Source: Verrucomicrobiota bacterium
GTDB taxonomy: Bacteria; Verrucomicrobiota; Verrucomicrobiia; Limisphaerales; CANJXF01
Direction of reading: 5' to 3'
NCBI GenBank assembly: GCA_038214755.1
Contig: JBBQRQ010000005.1
Location: 35,868 to 99,867, forward strand
DNA: 64,000 nucleotides
Part shown: one piece after another, positions 8,432 to 18,765 of the stretch
Layout: every line of letters begins with the position of its first letter
How positions within the stretch are numbered: the stretch's first letter is position 1
The notes under the pieces: generated by a model
The model's database searches: none
Told to the model about the DNA's origin: nothing
The model's input: only the letters and a program-made list of their open reading frames with translations
Position numbers and translations under genes: made by a program

Positions 8432-11400
8432 CTATTTTGAAAAGAATTTCCATTTGAACCCGGCATTGACTGCGCCGAAGCGATCGTATTCGCCAATGAG
8501 CGACCAATCCTGCGTCAATTTGTATTCCAGATAATAAGTTTGTTTGCCTTGGGTGGAGACATCTTCGCCGGAGTGGATTTCCAGTTTTTCTTCGCCAGCG
8601 CCGCCGGAGCCAAATTTTGAAAACAAATTTTTTCCCAGAAAAAACGCGAGCGACCCGGCCTTTTGTTGAGTCGAAAAATTAATTTCGTCGCGGGGTAATT
8701 CTCCCGCCGTTACCATCAACAAGATTTGCTCCGAAGTCAGTCCGGGGTTCGACGTGAAAACGATGCTCGGTTTGTCCGCCGGCCCGGTCATGTCCATTTT
8801 TACATCGTAACCAAATGTCCGGCCCGACGCATTGATGGCCAGTTGCGGGCGATACGGATTCTCGCTCGTCAACGAAACGTAACCCTGATTCACCCGCAAA
8901 TTAGCAAAGGGAAGCAGCACCACTCCGGAATTGATTTTCAAATCACCGAGGGCGGCTGGCTCGCGCAACGTCCCGGTCAATCGCAAGTTGGCCGAAAAGT
9001 CTCCCCGAAAAAGCGGGCTGCGCACTTTTAAAAAATTATTTCCCTGCAGCGTCACGTTCAAACGCCAATTGGCAAACCGCTCGGCTTCAACGCTGAAATA
9101 AGGGGGACGCTGTTTCGGGCGGGAAACTTTTCCGGGCACCAACATTTTCAAGTCGCTCAAATAAAAACTGTCGCGAAGATTTAGCGCGCCCGAGATCAGC
9201 GCGCCTTCTGCTTTTTCGTTGGAAACATTCAGATCAATGTCGCTGCGCAAAATAAATTCCGGCTGGCGCGCCAGTGGCACATTGGTCCCGTGCAACTTGA
9301 AATGAAACAGCGGCAGGCCCGATGTCTTGTCTTTTTTTGCCAGATTTATTTCTCCAAATAAATCCACTGGTTGTCCGCCGATAGATCCTTTGAACGTCTC
9401 GAGTTTTACCTGGTCGCCATCGAGTTTCAGCCGCGCCTGAATGTCATGCACCGGCCCCAGCGATGGGATGGGTCGCAACGCCGCGCCCGCCACCCGCAAG
9501 TCTCCATTGAGCCTTCCGGCTTTCGTCGTGGCGTCGAGATTGACTGTTCCAAATGGACTCAACACGTTCGGAAACAAACGTTGGAACGGCGCGATTTGCG
9601 CATCCACAATTTTCAAATGCACATTGGCTTTGCGCCAATCGAAAATATTTGTCCAGCCGCCTTTAAAACTTTTGGGCAAGGGAAGTTCACCCGTCGCGGT
9701 GACCGGCTGACCTTCGACAAAAAATTCAAAACGATGGAGCGCAATGTGGTCGCTGACCAAATCAAAATCAGCGGAAACATTTTGAAATCGCGGAAGGGTT
9801 TGGCCTGGTAGAGCGAGACTCCTGTCGAGTTCTGATTTCTCCCCGGCGAGGTTGGTGTTTTGAACGGAACTCGACGGGAGTGTCGCGCTACCTTTTTTAG
9901 ATTTCAATAAAACCTCTTTCGCGCTCAATAGAATTTTTCCCTGCGGCGCGGCAATGGTTCCGGCCACGGCAATTTGCGCGGAAGGCTCTTGAAAATTCAG
10001 GCGCGTCCACTCCGACATTCGCTCCCAGAATTGCGCGTTGGTCGTAGTCGTCGCGTGAAAATCAATGCGCTGATTCGGCACTTCCTGAACGAGGTTTGAT
10101 TTGCTCGCCGGATTAAACGTGATGGGCAAAAATCCTTTTCCAGAAATCACAGCTTGCGCGGAGGTTCCAACTTCGGCGCGCTTGATTGTCATGCCGGTCT
10201 TGTCGCCGCTCGTGTCCAATTCGGCAGTGAATGGAGTTTCATCCTCAGAAAAAAAATGAGCGAGTCCGGTGAACGCAAAATTCACCGGGCCGTTCGTCCA
10301 GGCGGCAGAAAACTTTATTTGCTCGAGCCGCGCTTCGGGCAGTTGCTGGCTCGAAAAATCCTGCCACGCGAGAAAATCAATTTGCTTCGCTGTCGCGGAA
10401 ATCTGTCCTTCGTTCGGCCACCGAATTTTTCCGGCGAGAGAGATGATGGATTTTTCGCCAAGCCAGCGGAAAGGCTCGACGCCGATCGCCCACGCTGATT
10501 TTGCGTCGCCGGTTTTCACCGCAGAAATGGAAAACGGTTTCTCCAAACTCAGCACGGGCTGTTCGTTGGTCGTGAAAAGAAGTTTTTGAACTTGCGCTGA
10601 GAAATGATTGGTCTGCGCCAAACTCGAACCCGCCAGGACGAGCGTTGAATTTTTGGAAACGAACTGCGCCTGAAAATTTTCCAGGCTCAATTGGCTTCCA
10701 CGCCAGTCCGCCGAAATTTCCAGCGGAACCAGCCGCGGCAGTTCCACTCCTTGCAATTTGAGATGCGCGGAATGGGAGAGATTTTTCAGCGGCCCGGAAA
10801 ATTCAGCGGCCAATGAAATATTTTCGTAAGAAACATCCGGCGGCAAAAATGCGTAACCGATTTGCCCGTTGAGTTTGAGTTTCCCCTCGGAAATCGTCCG
10901 CGTCACCGCGTTGAAGAGCAGATTAGCCTCGGCGATTGCGCCGTCGTCAAATTGAACCTTCGCCGACTCGATGCGCAATGATGGCCAATAAAATTTTCCA
11001 CGCGCATCGAACTGTTTGGTATGAATTTCACGAACCGCGACGTTGGTCCCGGCCAAATTAAAAGTCGTATCAGGAAAACGATTTGTCCCGCGCCGCAAGA
11101 TGGCTTCGCCTTTGAGCTGGCCGCCCGCCGCGATCCATTTTTGGCGCGACAAATCCGCATCGATATTCAGCGTGGCCGCCTGGCTCAACATCTCGCCGCG
11201 AAAACTGAATTCCGCGTTAGTGGATAATTTCACGTGCAACCACGGTAAAGAAATATTGGCGTTTTCGATGCGGACAGAGTTGGTGTCGCCGCTGGCGTGA
11301 ATGACCGCTTCGATGGGCGAGAGAAAGATTTCTCCACTTTCGATGGGCTGGGCCTGGGCCGTGAGATCAACCGCAAAACGATTTGTCTCCCAGCGAAGGT

Positions 11401-12217
11401 CGAGTGCGCCGACCAACTCGTGATAGCCCTCCAGCCGTAAAAATTTCGCGGGGATTTGAAATGATTTCGATTGAATCGAAGCGGTGTCGGGCAGCGAACC
11501 ATCCCGTCCAAATTCCGCGGAAACATCCACGCGATTGCTGAGCCAGAACATTTCACCTTTGACATCCACCGTTGCTTTTTCGACGCGCGTCTCGACTGTT
11601 CCGTCCAAATTCCATTCCGCGATTTTGAAAGCAATTTGTTTCGAAGATTTATGGGCGAGGCGCGCGTTGAAAAAAGTTTGGGGCAAAATTTTCGCGGCGG
11701 AAATTTCTGCGATGAGTGATCCTTGCTTCCACTCGGCGGACGGAATCGAAATGGCCCAGCCCTTCCCGGGAAGGGCTGGGTGAATCCGACCATTGATCAA
11801 AGCGACTCTGGGCAACCAGTGATTTAACTGGGCAAGCGGTGGATCAATTGTTTTCGCCACTTTAAAAACGGAAGTTCGTTCTTTGCTTTTGTTGCTGCCG
11901 GAAATAGCCACATCCCAATCCGTCACGCGCAAAAAGTTTTTTCTCGAATCGCCGCTGAGATGACGCCAGAGCCAGGGCGCAGGAAGTAAAACTTCGACCT
12001 CTTTCGCCTGAAGTTTTGCGGTGGCGTTCGTAAATTTTACATCGTGTAAAATAAATAGGTTGTAACTCTCGCGCTCGTAACGCGAGTAATGAACCTGGTA
12101 TTTTTTTAAAACAGGCTGGAGAATCCAGGGAAACCAGAGAGGCAATGCGACCAATAAAATCAGCAGCGCGCCGAGGATGAAGCCCACCGCCAACAAAATT
12201 TTTCTTTTACGAGCCAT
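8432..12217 (-). CDS. tamB: Translocation and assembly module TamB (DUF490-type C-terminus)
   Basis: N-terminal membrane anchor, long beta-rich body, C-terminal FTSNPGLTSEQILLMV...EYKLTQDWSL; adjacent to Omp85 gene. Confidence 0.85.
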   Translation of the reverse strand: MARKRKILLAVGFILGALLILLVALPLWFPWILQPVLKKYQVHYSRYERESYNLFILHDVKFTNATAKLQAKEVEVLLPAPWLWRHLSGDSRKNFLRVTDWDVAISGSNKSKERTSVFKVAKTIDPPLAQLNHWLPRVALINGRIHPALPGKGWAISIPSAEWKQGSLIAEISAAKILPQTFFNARLAHKSSKQIAFKIAEWNLDGTVETRVEKATVDVKGEMFWLSNRVDVSAEFGRDGSLPDTASIQSKSFQIPAKFLRLEGYHELVGALDLRWETNRFAVDLTAQAQPIESGEIFLSPIEAVIHASGDTNSVRIENANISLPWLHVKLSTNAEFSFRGEMLSQAATLNIDADLSRQKWIAAGGQLKGEAILRRGTNRFPDTTFNLAGTNVAVREIHTKQFDARGKFYWPSLRIESAKVQFDDGAIAEANLLFNAVTRTISEGKLKLNGQIGYAFLPPDVSYENISLAAEFSGPLKNLSHSAHLKLQGVELPRLVPLEISADWRGSQLSLENFQAQFVSKNSTLVLAGSSLAQTNHFSAQVQKLLFTTNEQPVLSLEKPFSISAVKTGDAKSAWAIGVEPFRWLGEKSIISLAGKIRWPNEGQISATAKQIDFLAWQDFSSQQLPEARLEQIKFSAAWTNGPVNFAFTGLAHFFSEDETPFTAELDTSGDKTGMTIKRAEVGTSAQAVISGKGFLPITFNPASKSNLVQEVPNQRIDFHATTTTNAQFWERMSEWTRLNFQEPSAQIAVAGTIAAPQGKILLSAKEVLLKSKKGSATLPSSSVQNTNLAGEKSELDRSLALPGQTLPRFQNVSADFDLVSDHIALHRFEFFVEGQPVTATGELPLPKSFKGGWTNIFDWRKANVHLKIVDAQIAPFQRLFPNVLSPFGTVNLDATTKAGRLNGDLRVAGAALRPIPSLGPVHDIQARLKLDGDQVKLETFKGSIGGQPVDLFGEINLAKKDKTSGLPLFHFKLHGTNVPLARQPEFILRSDIDLNVSNEKAEGALISGALNLRDSFYLSDLKMLVPGKVSRPKQRPPYFSVEAERFANWRLNVTLQGNNFLKVRSPLFRGDFSANLRLTGTLREPAALGDLKINSGVVLLPFANLRVNQGYVSLTSENPYRPQLAINASGRTFGYDVKMDMTGPADKPSIVFTSNPGLTSEQILLMVTAGELPRDEINFSTQQKAGSLAFFLGKNLFSKFGSGGAGEEKLEIHSGEDVSTQGKQTYYLEYKLTQDWSLIGEYDRFGAVNAGFKWKFFSK
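9807..9892. repeat. REP doublet inserted in frame in tamB
   Basis: 26-nt arms (23/26 complementary) starting GGTAG; same family intergenic at 38556-38665. Confidence 0.85.
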
Positions 12218-12314
12218 TTCAGATTTTCCTGCCGCGACAATAGCCAAGAAGCGCGTTCTGACAAATGCCGGTTTATCTTCCTCCGCCGTTACAACAATCG
12301 CTGATTGCTTGGCG

Positions 12315-12520
<206 letters not shown>

Positions 12521-12596
12521 GGACGACTTCGGGAACATTCGAGGCATTCACAATTTGCCCTTTGAACTTTGCGCTCGCGCCCAATAGTTTTTTCTC

Positions 12597-13364
12597 ATGT
12601 TCAGACCGTGCATCGACTTGCATGAAGGCAAAGTGAAACAAATTGTCGGCGGCTCGCTGACAGGTGACGACAACACTTTGCGCACCAATTTTGTCTCGGA
12701 ACGTTCGGCGGCCTGGTATGCGGAACTTTACCAGCGCGACAACTTGCGCGGCGGCCACGTCATCATGCTCGGTGCCGGAAATGAAACGGCGGCGCGCTCG
12801 GCACTGGCGGCTTTTCCCGGCGGATTGCAAACGGGTGGCGATATCAACTTGAAGAATGCCCAACAGTGGCTTGATGCCGGAGCCTCGCACGTCATCGTAA
12901 CTTCCTGGGTTTTTCGAGACGGGGTTCTCGATGCGCAACGGCTCAAGTCACTCGTGAAAAAAATTGGGAAGAAACGGCTCGTGCTTGATTTGAGTTGTCG
13001 TAAAAAAGGAAAGGATTATTTCGTCGTGACGGATCGCTGGCAAAAATTTACCGAGTTGGTGTTGAGCCAAAGCGCGCTGGAAACGCTGGCGGAATTTTGC
13101 GACGAGTTTTTGATTCACGCCGTTGACGTGGAAGGGTTGTGTCTCGGAATGGATTTGGAACTGGTGCAAAAACTCGGGCAATGGTCGCCCATTCCGACGA
13201 CCTACGCCGGCGGCGCTCGGTCGCTGAACGATTTGAAAGAGGTCACTCGCCTGGGAAATGGCCGTATGGATTTAACGATCGGTTCGGCGCTGGATATTTT
13301 TGGCGGGACGGGAATTAAATATGAGGAGGTGGTCGCTCTCAATCGGCGATTGCAGCCAAAGTAG
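12597..13364 (+). CDS. hisA: ProFAR isomerase, HIS6/eukaryotic-type
   Basis: MFRPCIDLHEGKVKQIVGG, LVLDLSCR, IHAVDVEG, DLTIGSALDIFGG. Confidence 0.93.
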   Translation: MFRPCIDLHEGKVKQIVGGSLTGDDNTLRTNFVSERSAAWYAELYQRDNLRGGHVIMLGAGNETAARSALAAFPGGLQTGGDINLKNAQQWLDAGASHVIVTSWVFRDGVLDAQRLKSLVKKIGKKRLVLDLSCRKKGKDYFVVTDRWQKFTELVLSQSALETLAEFCDEFLIHAVDVEGLCLGMDLELVQKLGQWSPIPTTYAGGARSLNDLKEVTRLGNGRMDLTIGSALDIFGGTGIKYEEVVALNRRLQPK

Positions 13365-13380
13365 AACGGAGCGTCTCAGT

Positions 13381-13532
13381 TGTAGCGCAGGATTGCATCC
13401 TGCTGTAGCGCAGGTTTTCAACCTGCGAGATGCCGCCAGAAACGAGAGACTTTCAAAAACCAAAGACTTTCTCTATTGCGACGTTCCGCCGGTTTCAAAC
13501 CGGCGATACAGCAGGATGCAATCCTGCGCTAC
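13381..13532. repeat. Inverted pair of double-hairpin REPs (GTAGCGCAGG family)
   Basis: gtagcgcaggattgcatcctgc ... gcaggatgcaatcctgcgctac; related degenerate copy at 16147-16251. Confidence 0.8.
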
Positions 13533-13672
13533 GTAGCCGCCAGCTAAAATCATACCCTCGGAAAAAGGCGACTATTGACACCTGTTATCGCGAAAATTAC
13601 TCTCCGTCCCCCTAAGTTAAGGACGACGGTCGCGAAGGCCGCCAGTCAAAATGCGAGAGGAAGTGAATACTT

Positions 13673-13870
13673 TTGACAGAAATTAAATTAAAAAAAGGTG
13701 AGCCAGTGGACAAGGCGCTACGCCGGTTGAAGAAAAAAATCGACCGCGAAGGCACCATGAAAGAAGTGCGGACGCGCCGCCATTTTGAAAAACCGAGCGA
13801 ACGAAAACGACGCAAGATGAAAGTCGCGCGTTTTTCCGCGATGCTGACCGCGCGTTACGCTGACCTGTAA
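13673..13870 (+). CDS. rpsU: 30S ribosomal protein S21
   Basis: KALRRLKKK...HFEKPSE motif; TTG start. Confidence 0.95.
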   Translation: MTEIKLKKGEPVDKALRRLKKKIDREGTMKEVRTRRHFEKPSERKRRKMKVARFSAMLTARYADL

Positions 13871-13879
13871 TTTGCCACG

Positions 13880-13992
13880 TTAAACCGTTGAATCGTTGAA
13901 TCGTTAAACCGTTAAAATCGGAAGCCGATTTGACCAATCAACGGTTTAACTGTTTTCACGATTTAACGATTCAACGATTCAACGCTTTCACG
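13880..13992. repeat. Inverted octamer arrays (TGAATCGT ... ACGATTCA)
   Basis: Direct reading of 8-nt periodic units in opposite orientation. Confidence 0.8.
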
Positions 13993-13993
13993 C

Positions 13994-14908
13994 ATGTATT
14001 CATTTTCGACTTGCTGGAATTCACATCGCCACACCGATGGGCGGACGATGTTGCGCGAGATTCGCGAGCTGGGTTTTGATTACGCGGAACTGAGTCACGG
14101 CATTCGCATCAGTCTTTTGCCGGGAATTTTAGAGGCGGTGGAGGCGGGCGAAATTAAAATTTCCACGCTCCATAATTTTTGTCCGCTCCCCATGGGCGTC
14201 ACTCAAGCCGCGCCCAATCTTTATCTTTTTTCCTCGGAGGACGAGCGGGAGCGGGAGAATGCGTTTCGTCATTCCATAAAAACTTTGGAAACAGCGGCGC
14301 GCGTGAAAGCCCAGGCGGTCGTTCTTCACTTGGGCGCAGTTGAGATGAAGGATTACACCGATAAATTGATCGAGATGATTGCCAGTGGCAAAAAGGAGAG
14401 TCCAAAATTTGAGAAGCTCCTGACGGAAGCCCACGAAAAGCGCGAGGAGAAAAAGGAGCAATTCGTGGAGCGCTCTTATCAAATGTTGCGCCGATTGACT
14501 GAGCCGGCCGAGAAGCTTGGAATAAAATTGGGCATCGAAAACCGCGAGGCCATCGAGGAAATTCCCATCGACGCGGACTTTCCTTTTTTGCTGCACGATT
14601 TTCCCAGCCCGACGATTGGCTACTGGCACGACACCGGCCACGCGCAAATCAAGGAGAATCTCGGCTTCATTAATCACTCGCTCCATTTGGAATCGATGGC
14701 GGAACGGCTCCTTGGGTTTCATGTTCACGACGTGGAATTTCCGGGACGAGATCACCGCAGCCCCGGCTCCGGCATGATTGATTTCGCCGCGTTGAAACCG
14801 ATGGTGAAGCCCGAGCACATCAAAGTTTTTGAATTCAGTCCGTCGCTCAAAATAGAAGAAGCGCAAGGCGGCATCGCCCACATCAAAACTCTCTGGGGAG
14901 CCGAGTGA
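13994..14908 (+). CDS. Sugar phosphate isomerase/epimerase (xylose-isomerase-like TIM barrel)
   Basis: GIENRE, WHDTGH, FHVHD, DHRSPGSG metal-binding motifs. Confidence 0.85.
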   Translation: MYSFSTCWNSHRHTDGRTMLREIRELGFDYAELSHGIRISLLPGILEAVEAGEIKISTLHNFCPLPMGVTQAAPNLYLFSSEDERERENAFRHSIKTLETAARVKAQAVVLHLGAVEMKDYTDKLIEMIASGKKESPKFEKLLTEAHEKREEKKEQFVERSYQMLRRLTEPAEKLGIKLGIENREAIEEIPIDADFPFLLHDFPSPTIGYWHDTGHAQIKENLGFINHSLHLESMAERLLGFHVHDVEFPGRDHRSPGSGMIDFAALKPMVKPEHIKVFEFSPSLKIEEAQGGIAHIKTLWGAE

Positions 14909-16014
14909 GCGCGATCAAGAAAACGTGGAAGATGAGTTGGCAGATCGGTCTCTGTCTTGTCCTGCTCGCCTGGATTTTTCATTCCATTTTTCTCAACGAA
15001 GGCCGCCTGGCCGCGCACAAAAATGGAATTTCCTGGGAACAACTTTCACGAAGCGAACAATGGAAAATCGCGTGGACAACGGGCCCTCACGAACTGTGGC
15101 AAACACTCAGTCTGGTCAACGCGGGCGCGTTTGCCTTCTCGTTATTTTTGGTGGGAATCACAATTCTTCTCGGTGTGATCCGCTGGCGCATGGTTTTGGA
15201 AGTGCAGGGGTTGCACCTGCCGTTTCGTCGAGCGATGGGGATCACTTTTGTCGCGCAATTTTTCAATTCGTTTTTGCTGGGATCGACTGGCGGCGATTTG
15301 ATCAAAGCCTATTACGCGGCGCGCGAAACTCATCACAAAAAAACCGAAGCCGTCGTCACCGTTTTTGTCGATCGCCTGATTGGCTTGTGGTCGATGCTTC
15401 TTTTCGCCGCGCTGATGATGTTGCCGAATTGTCGTTTGATTTTTTCCCACAAAAATTTGGGCGCATCCGCCGTTTTGATTTTATCAATGCTCATGGGGTG
15501 CAGCGCGGTTTTGGGCATTGCGTTTTGGGGTGGCGTTTTCAAACGATTCGCCACGGCGCGCGATTGGTTGAGGAAGTTACCGAAGGGCGATTTGCTGGAA
15601 CGCTCCCTGGAATCGTGTCACGAATTCGGTCTGCGCCGAACTTTTGTTTTGAAAACAATTGGAATTTCCATGGCGCTGAATGCGGTGTGTGTCTTGCAGG
15701 TGATCACTCTCACCCGGGGCTTGGGTCTGACTATTTCTCCCGTCGCGCTCTTCGTCATCGTGCCGATTGTCATTTGCATCTCCGCGCTGCCGATCACTCC
15801 GAGCGGACTGGGCGTGCGGGAAAATCTTTTCGTTTTGATGCTGGCCGCGCCGGAGATAAATATTCCGGCGACCTCGGCGCTGTCGCTCTCGTTGTTGACT
15901 TATGCGGGCGGTTTGTTTTGGAGTCTGGTCGGCGGCGTGGTTTACGTGGGACTGAAAAAGAAAGAGCACTTGGAAGAAGTCACCGCGCCAGATCCGGCCA
16001 TCGAAAATGCATGA
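14905..16014 (+). CDS. Lysylphosphatidylglycerol synthase TM / flippase-like membrane protein
   Basis: FFNSFLLGSTGGD, VDRLIG, PITPSGLGVRE. Confidence 0.85.
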   Translation: MSAIKKTWKMSWQIGLCLVLLAWIFHSIFLNEGRLAAHKNGISWEQLSRSEQWKIAWTTGPHELWQTLSLVNAGAFAFSLFLVGITILLGVIRWRMVLEVQGLHLPFRRAMGITFVAQFFNSFLLGSTGGDLIKAYYAARETHHKKTEAVVTVFVDRLIGLWSMLLFAALMMLPNCRLIFSHKNLGASAVLILSMLMGCSAVLGIAFWGGVFKRFATARDWLRKLPKGDLLERSLESCHEFGLRRTFVLKTIGISMALNAVCVLQVITLTRGLGLTISPVALFVIVPIVICISALPITPSGLGVRENLFVLMLAAPEINIPATSALSLSLLTYAGGLFWSLVGGVVYVGLKKKEHLEEVTAPDPAIENA

Positions 16015-16057
16015 GTTAAGAAAAGGAAGAAGCCGGAATGGAAGCGTTTTCAGAAGC

Positions 16058-16130
16058 CGTAGCCGCCGACGTGAGGAGGCGGATTTCGGTTCTTTCCGGT
16101 GAAATCCGCCTCCTCACGTCGGCGGCTACG
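16058..16130. repeat. Inverted REP pair (GTAGCCGCCGACGTGAGGAGGCGG family)
   Basis: Perfect 30-bp arms 16058-16087 / 16101-16130; same family at 27560 and 27755. Confidence 0.9.
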
Positions 16131-16261
16131 ATGCATTAAAATTGAAGCGCAGCTTTGCAAGCTGCTGTATCGCCAATTTGCAATCGGCAATACGTGTGAG
16201 AGTCAAGCGGGTTGCAAACCCGCGATACGACAGGTTAAAAACCTGCGCTACGATTTCCAGC

Positions 16262-17707
16262 ATGAACAAAGTCCTTTTGATCGATGACGAAGCGGACGTG
16301 CAATATTCGTTTCGGCGAATCTTTGACAGTCCGGAAATTCAATTGACCACGGCCGGCAGCGGCGAAGAGGGTTTGAAAATTATTCCAAAGCTCAAACCTG
16401 ATCTCGTCATCATGGACGTGCGCATGGGAGGAATGACCGGACTCGAAACTCTGCGGCGCGTGCGCGAGATCGAACCAAAACAACTCGTGATCATGATGAC
16501 CGCGTTCGGCACCACGCAGACCGCCATCGAAGCGATGAAGCTCGGCGCGTACGATTATTTGCTGAAACCGTTCGATGTCCCGAAGCTCAAAAAAATCGTC
16601 AATGACGCTTTGAAAACTGCGCGGGACATGAAGCAGGTGGTTTCGTATCAGCCGCTCTTGGAATCCGAAGATTATGAATTGGGCATCATCGGTCGCAGTG
16701 AACCGATGCAGAACGTTTTCAAGTTGATCGGCCAATTGGCGGCAAGCGATGCGACGGCGCTGATCACGGGAGAAAGCGGCACAGGAAAGGAGTTGGTCGC
16801 ACGGGCCATTTACCATCACAGCAAACGGAGCGAACAAACTTTTTTGGCGGTCAATTGCGCGGCGATTCCCGAAAATCTTTTGGAGAGCGAATTGTTTGGC
16901 CACGAGAAAGGCTCGTTCACCGGAGCCACGCTTCAGCGAATCGGAAAATTTGAACAATGCGATCGCGGGACAATTTTCCTGGATGAGATCGGCGATATGT
17001 CGCTGGCGACACAGACAAAGATGCTGCGCGTTTTGCAATCGGGCACGTTCGAGCGCGTGGGCGGGAATCAATCGGTCAAGGTGAATGTCCGAGTCATCGC
17101 CGCGACGAATAAGGCGTTGGACCGCGCCGTCGCGGCGAGAGAATTTCGCGAGGATTTATTTTACCGGTTGAACGTGGTGCAGATTCATCTCCCGCCTCTG
17201 CGCGAGCGGCGCGAGGACATTCCTCTGCTGACGAATTATTTTTTGAAAAAGTTTTCCGGACAATCGAACAAGCGGCCGAAGTCCATCGCGGCTGAAGCGC
17301 TGTCGGCGCTGGAAAAATATGATTGGCCGGGGAACGTGCGGGAACTGGAAAACGTTTTGCACCGGGCGGTGGTGATCGGCAAAGGAGAAAGTATTTTAAG
17401 CGGCGATTTGTCGGCGGAAGTTTTTGGCAGACGAACCGTTTCGCAGAGTGGCGCGGGAAATTCAGCAAGTCTCTCGACGAGTGGCCAAACGGATTTGGTT
17501 TCGTTGGCGCGGCAGTTGTTCGATTGGGCGCGTCGTGACAGCAAACTCAAGTTGATTCCAGCGATCGAGCGGGAATTGATCGTGCAAGCGCTACTCGAAA
17601 CAAAAGGGAACCAGGTTCACGCGGCAAAATTATTGGGAATCAGCCGCGCCACGCTGCGCAAACGAGTGGAGAAATTTAACATCAAGCGGCAGGTGGAAAT
17701 AAAATGA
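16262..17707 (+). CDS. Sigma-54-dependent response regulator (NtrC family)
   Basis: Receiver domain, GESGTGKE, GSFTGA, FLDEIGD, WPGNVRELEN, Fis-type HTH. Confidence 0.95.
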   Translation: MNKVLLIDDEADVQYSFRRIFDSPEIQLTTAGSGEEGLKIIPKLKPDLVIMDVRMGGMTGLETLRRVREIEPKQLVIMMTAFGTTQTAIEAMKLGAYDYLLKPFDVPKLKKIVNDALKTARDMKQVVSYQPLLESEDYELGIIGRSEPMQNVFKLIGQLAASDATALITGESGTGKELVARAIYHHSKRSEQTFLAVNCAAIPENLLESELFGHEKGSFTGATLQRIGKFEQCDRGTIFLDEIGDMSLATQTKMLRVLQSGTFERVGGNQSVKVNVRVIAATNKALDRAVAAREFREDLFYRLNVVQIHLPPLRERREDIPLLTNYFLKKFSGQSNKRPKSIAAEALSALEKYDWPGNVRELENVLHRAVVIGKGESILSGDLSAEVFGRRTVSQSGAGNSASLSTSGQTDLVSLARQLFDWARRDSKLKLIPAIERELIVQALLETKGNQVHAAKLLGISRATLRKRVEKFNIKRQVEIK

Positions 17708-17802
17708 GCGGTAAATAGAACAAGTTGCCGATCGGGAGATCGGCGTTCCGATTGGGCGTGCGTCGTGACGGCGCTGAGGTTCATTCAGCAATAGTGCGAA
17801 TC

Positions 17803-18272
17803 TCAAACTAATTCTACAACGCCGGGAAATTTTTTGGAAAATGGCTCGTCGAATGTCGCCACTTTCAGTTGGTGTTTTTTGGCAAGCAACGCGAGGTAGG
17901 CATCCGTCGTTTGCCGGTGGCCAGCGCACAGCCCTTTGATTTCCGTCGCTGAAATATCGCACGGAACAAGCCGGGATCGGTGGCGGGAAATAAAGGTTTG
18001 CAAAGCGCTGTCCGCATCAACGCCAGCCAGCCCGTTCTGCATGAGCACGCGCACGAGATTTAATTCTGTGATCGGACAGGTGAGGACTTTCGGATTTGCA
18101 GCAAAGAATTCGGAGAAACGCGGAACGGGGAACGCGGAACGCAGAATCAGAAAAGACAAACGCGACGCGTGAAGTGCGAAGTGCGGAATGGAAAAGTCCC
18201 GATTCCGCGTTCCGCGTTTCTCCGCGCAGTCCACGTTTTAGCAATGAGCAGGTTGCCGTCGGCCAAAAACAC
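17803..18272 (-). pseudogene. vapC: VapC/PIN toxin disrupted by a 114-bp inverted-repeat element
   Basis: N-term VFLADGNLLIAKTW in one frame, C-term TCPITE...TTDAYL...ATFD in another. Confidence 0.8.
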
Positions 18273-18505
18273 TCTTCATCCTCCAGCATCCTTTTTACGT
18301 CATCGTTGGTTAGCGGCTTGCCCCCGACCACCACCAGATCGCCATTTTTTCGGCGCACAAGTCGCGGTTGAAATTGTTTATCCCTCGCCGGCTTCATCCG
18401 GCGCAAAATCAGAACATCTTCGCTTTGAGGTTCAATTTGAATCACATCGCCCGCCGCGAACGGATTCAAAACCGCTCTTTTTTTTGCATCAAGTGTGGTT
18501 GTCAT
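18272..18505 (-). CDS. AbrB/MazE-like antitoxin (expected stop absent; frame reads on into the vapC remnant)
   Basis: MTTTLDAKKRAV...LILRR N-terminus, position directly upstream of PIN gene. Confidence 0.6.
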
Positions 18506-18598
18506 ACGGGGATAATCCCACACGCTTTATTTTACCGCAAGAGTTCTCCAAGAGCCGCTGGCTGGATTTGTTTCGTTACCGATTCGCACGTGGGGCGC

Positions 18599-18761
18599 GG
18601 GTAGCACCTGTCTCCGGCGGGTGCGTGAAGACGTGCCCTTCGATGTTGGATGTTCAGTGTTCGATGTTCGATGTTAAAAATTAAAAAAACATCGAACATC
18701 GAACATCCAACACTGAACATCGAAAGAACGATTTCGCACCCGCCGGAGGCAGATGCTACCC
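18599..18761. repeat. Inverted REP pair (GTAGCATCTGCC family) enclosing inverted TCGAACA arrays
   Basis: Same architecture as 12315-12520. Confidence 0.85.
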
Positions 18762-18765
18762 GTTG

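Noticed and set aside
14925..16019. Long alternative-frame and antisense ORFs (this one, 6833-7861, 61455-62318 and others)
   Set aside because: Shadows of well-supported genes in GC-rich DNA, with no recognisable motifs
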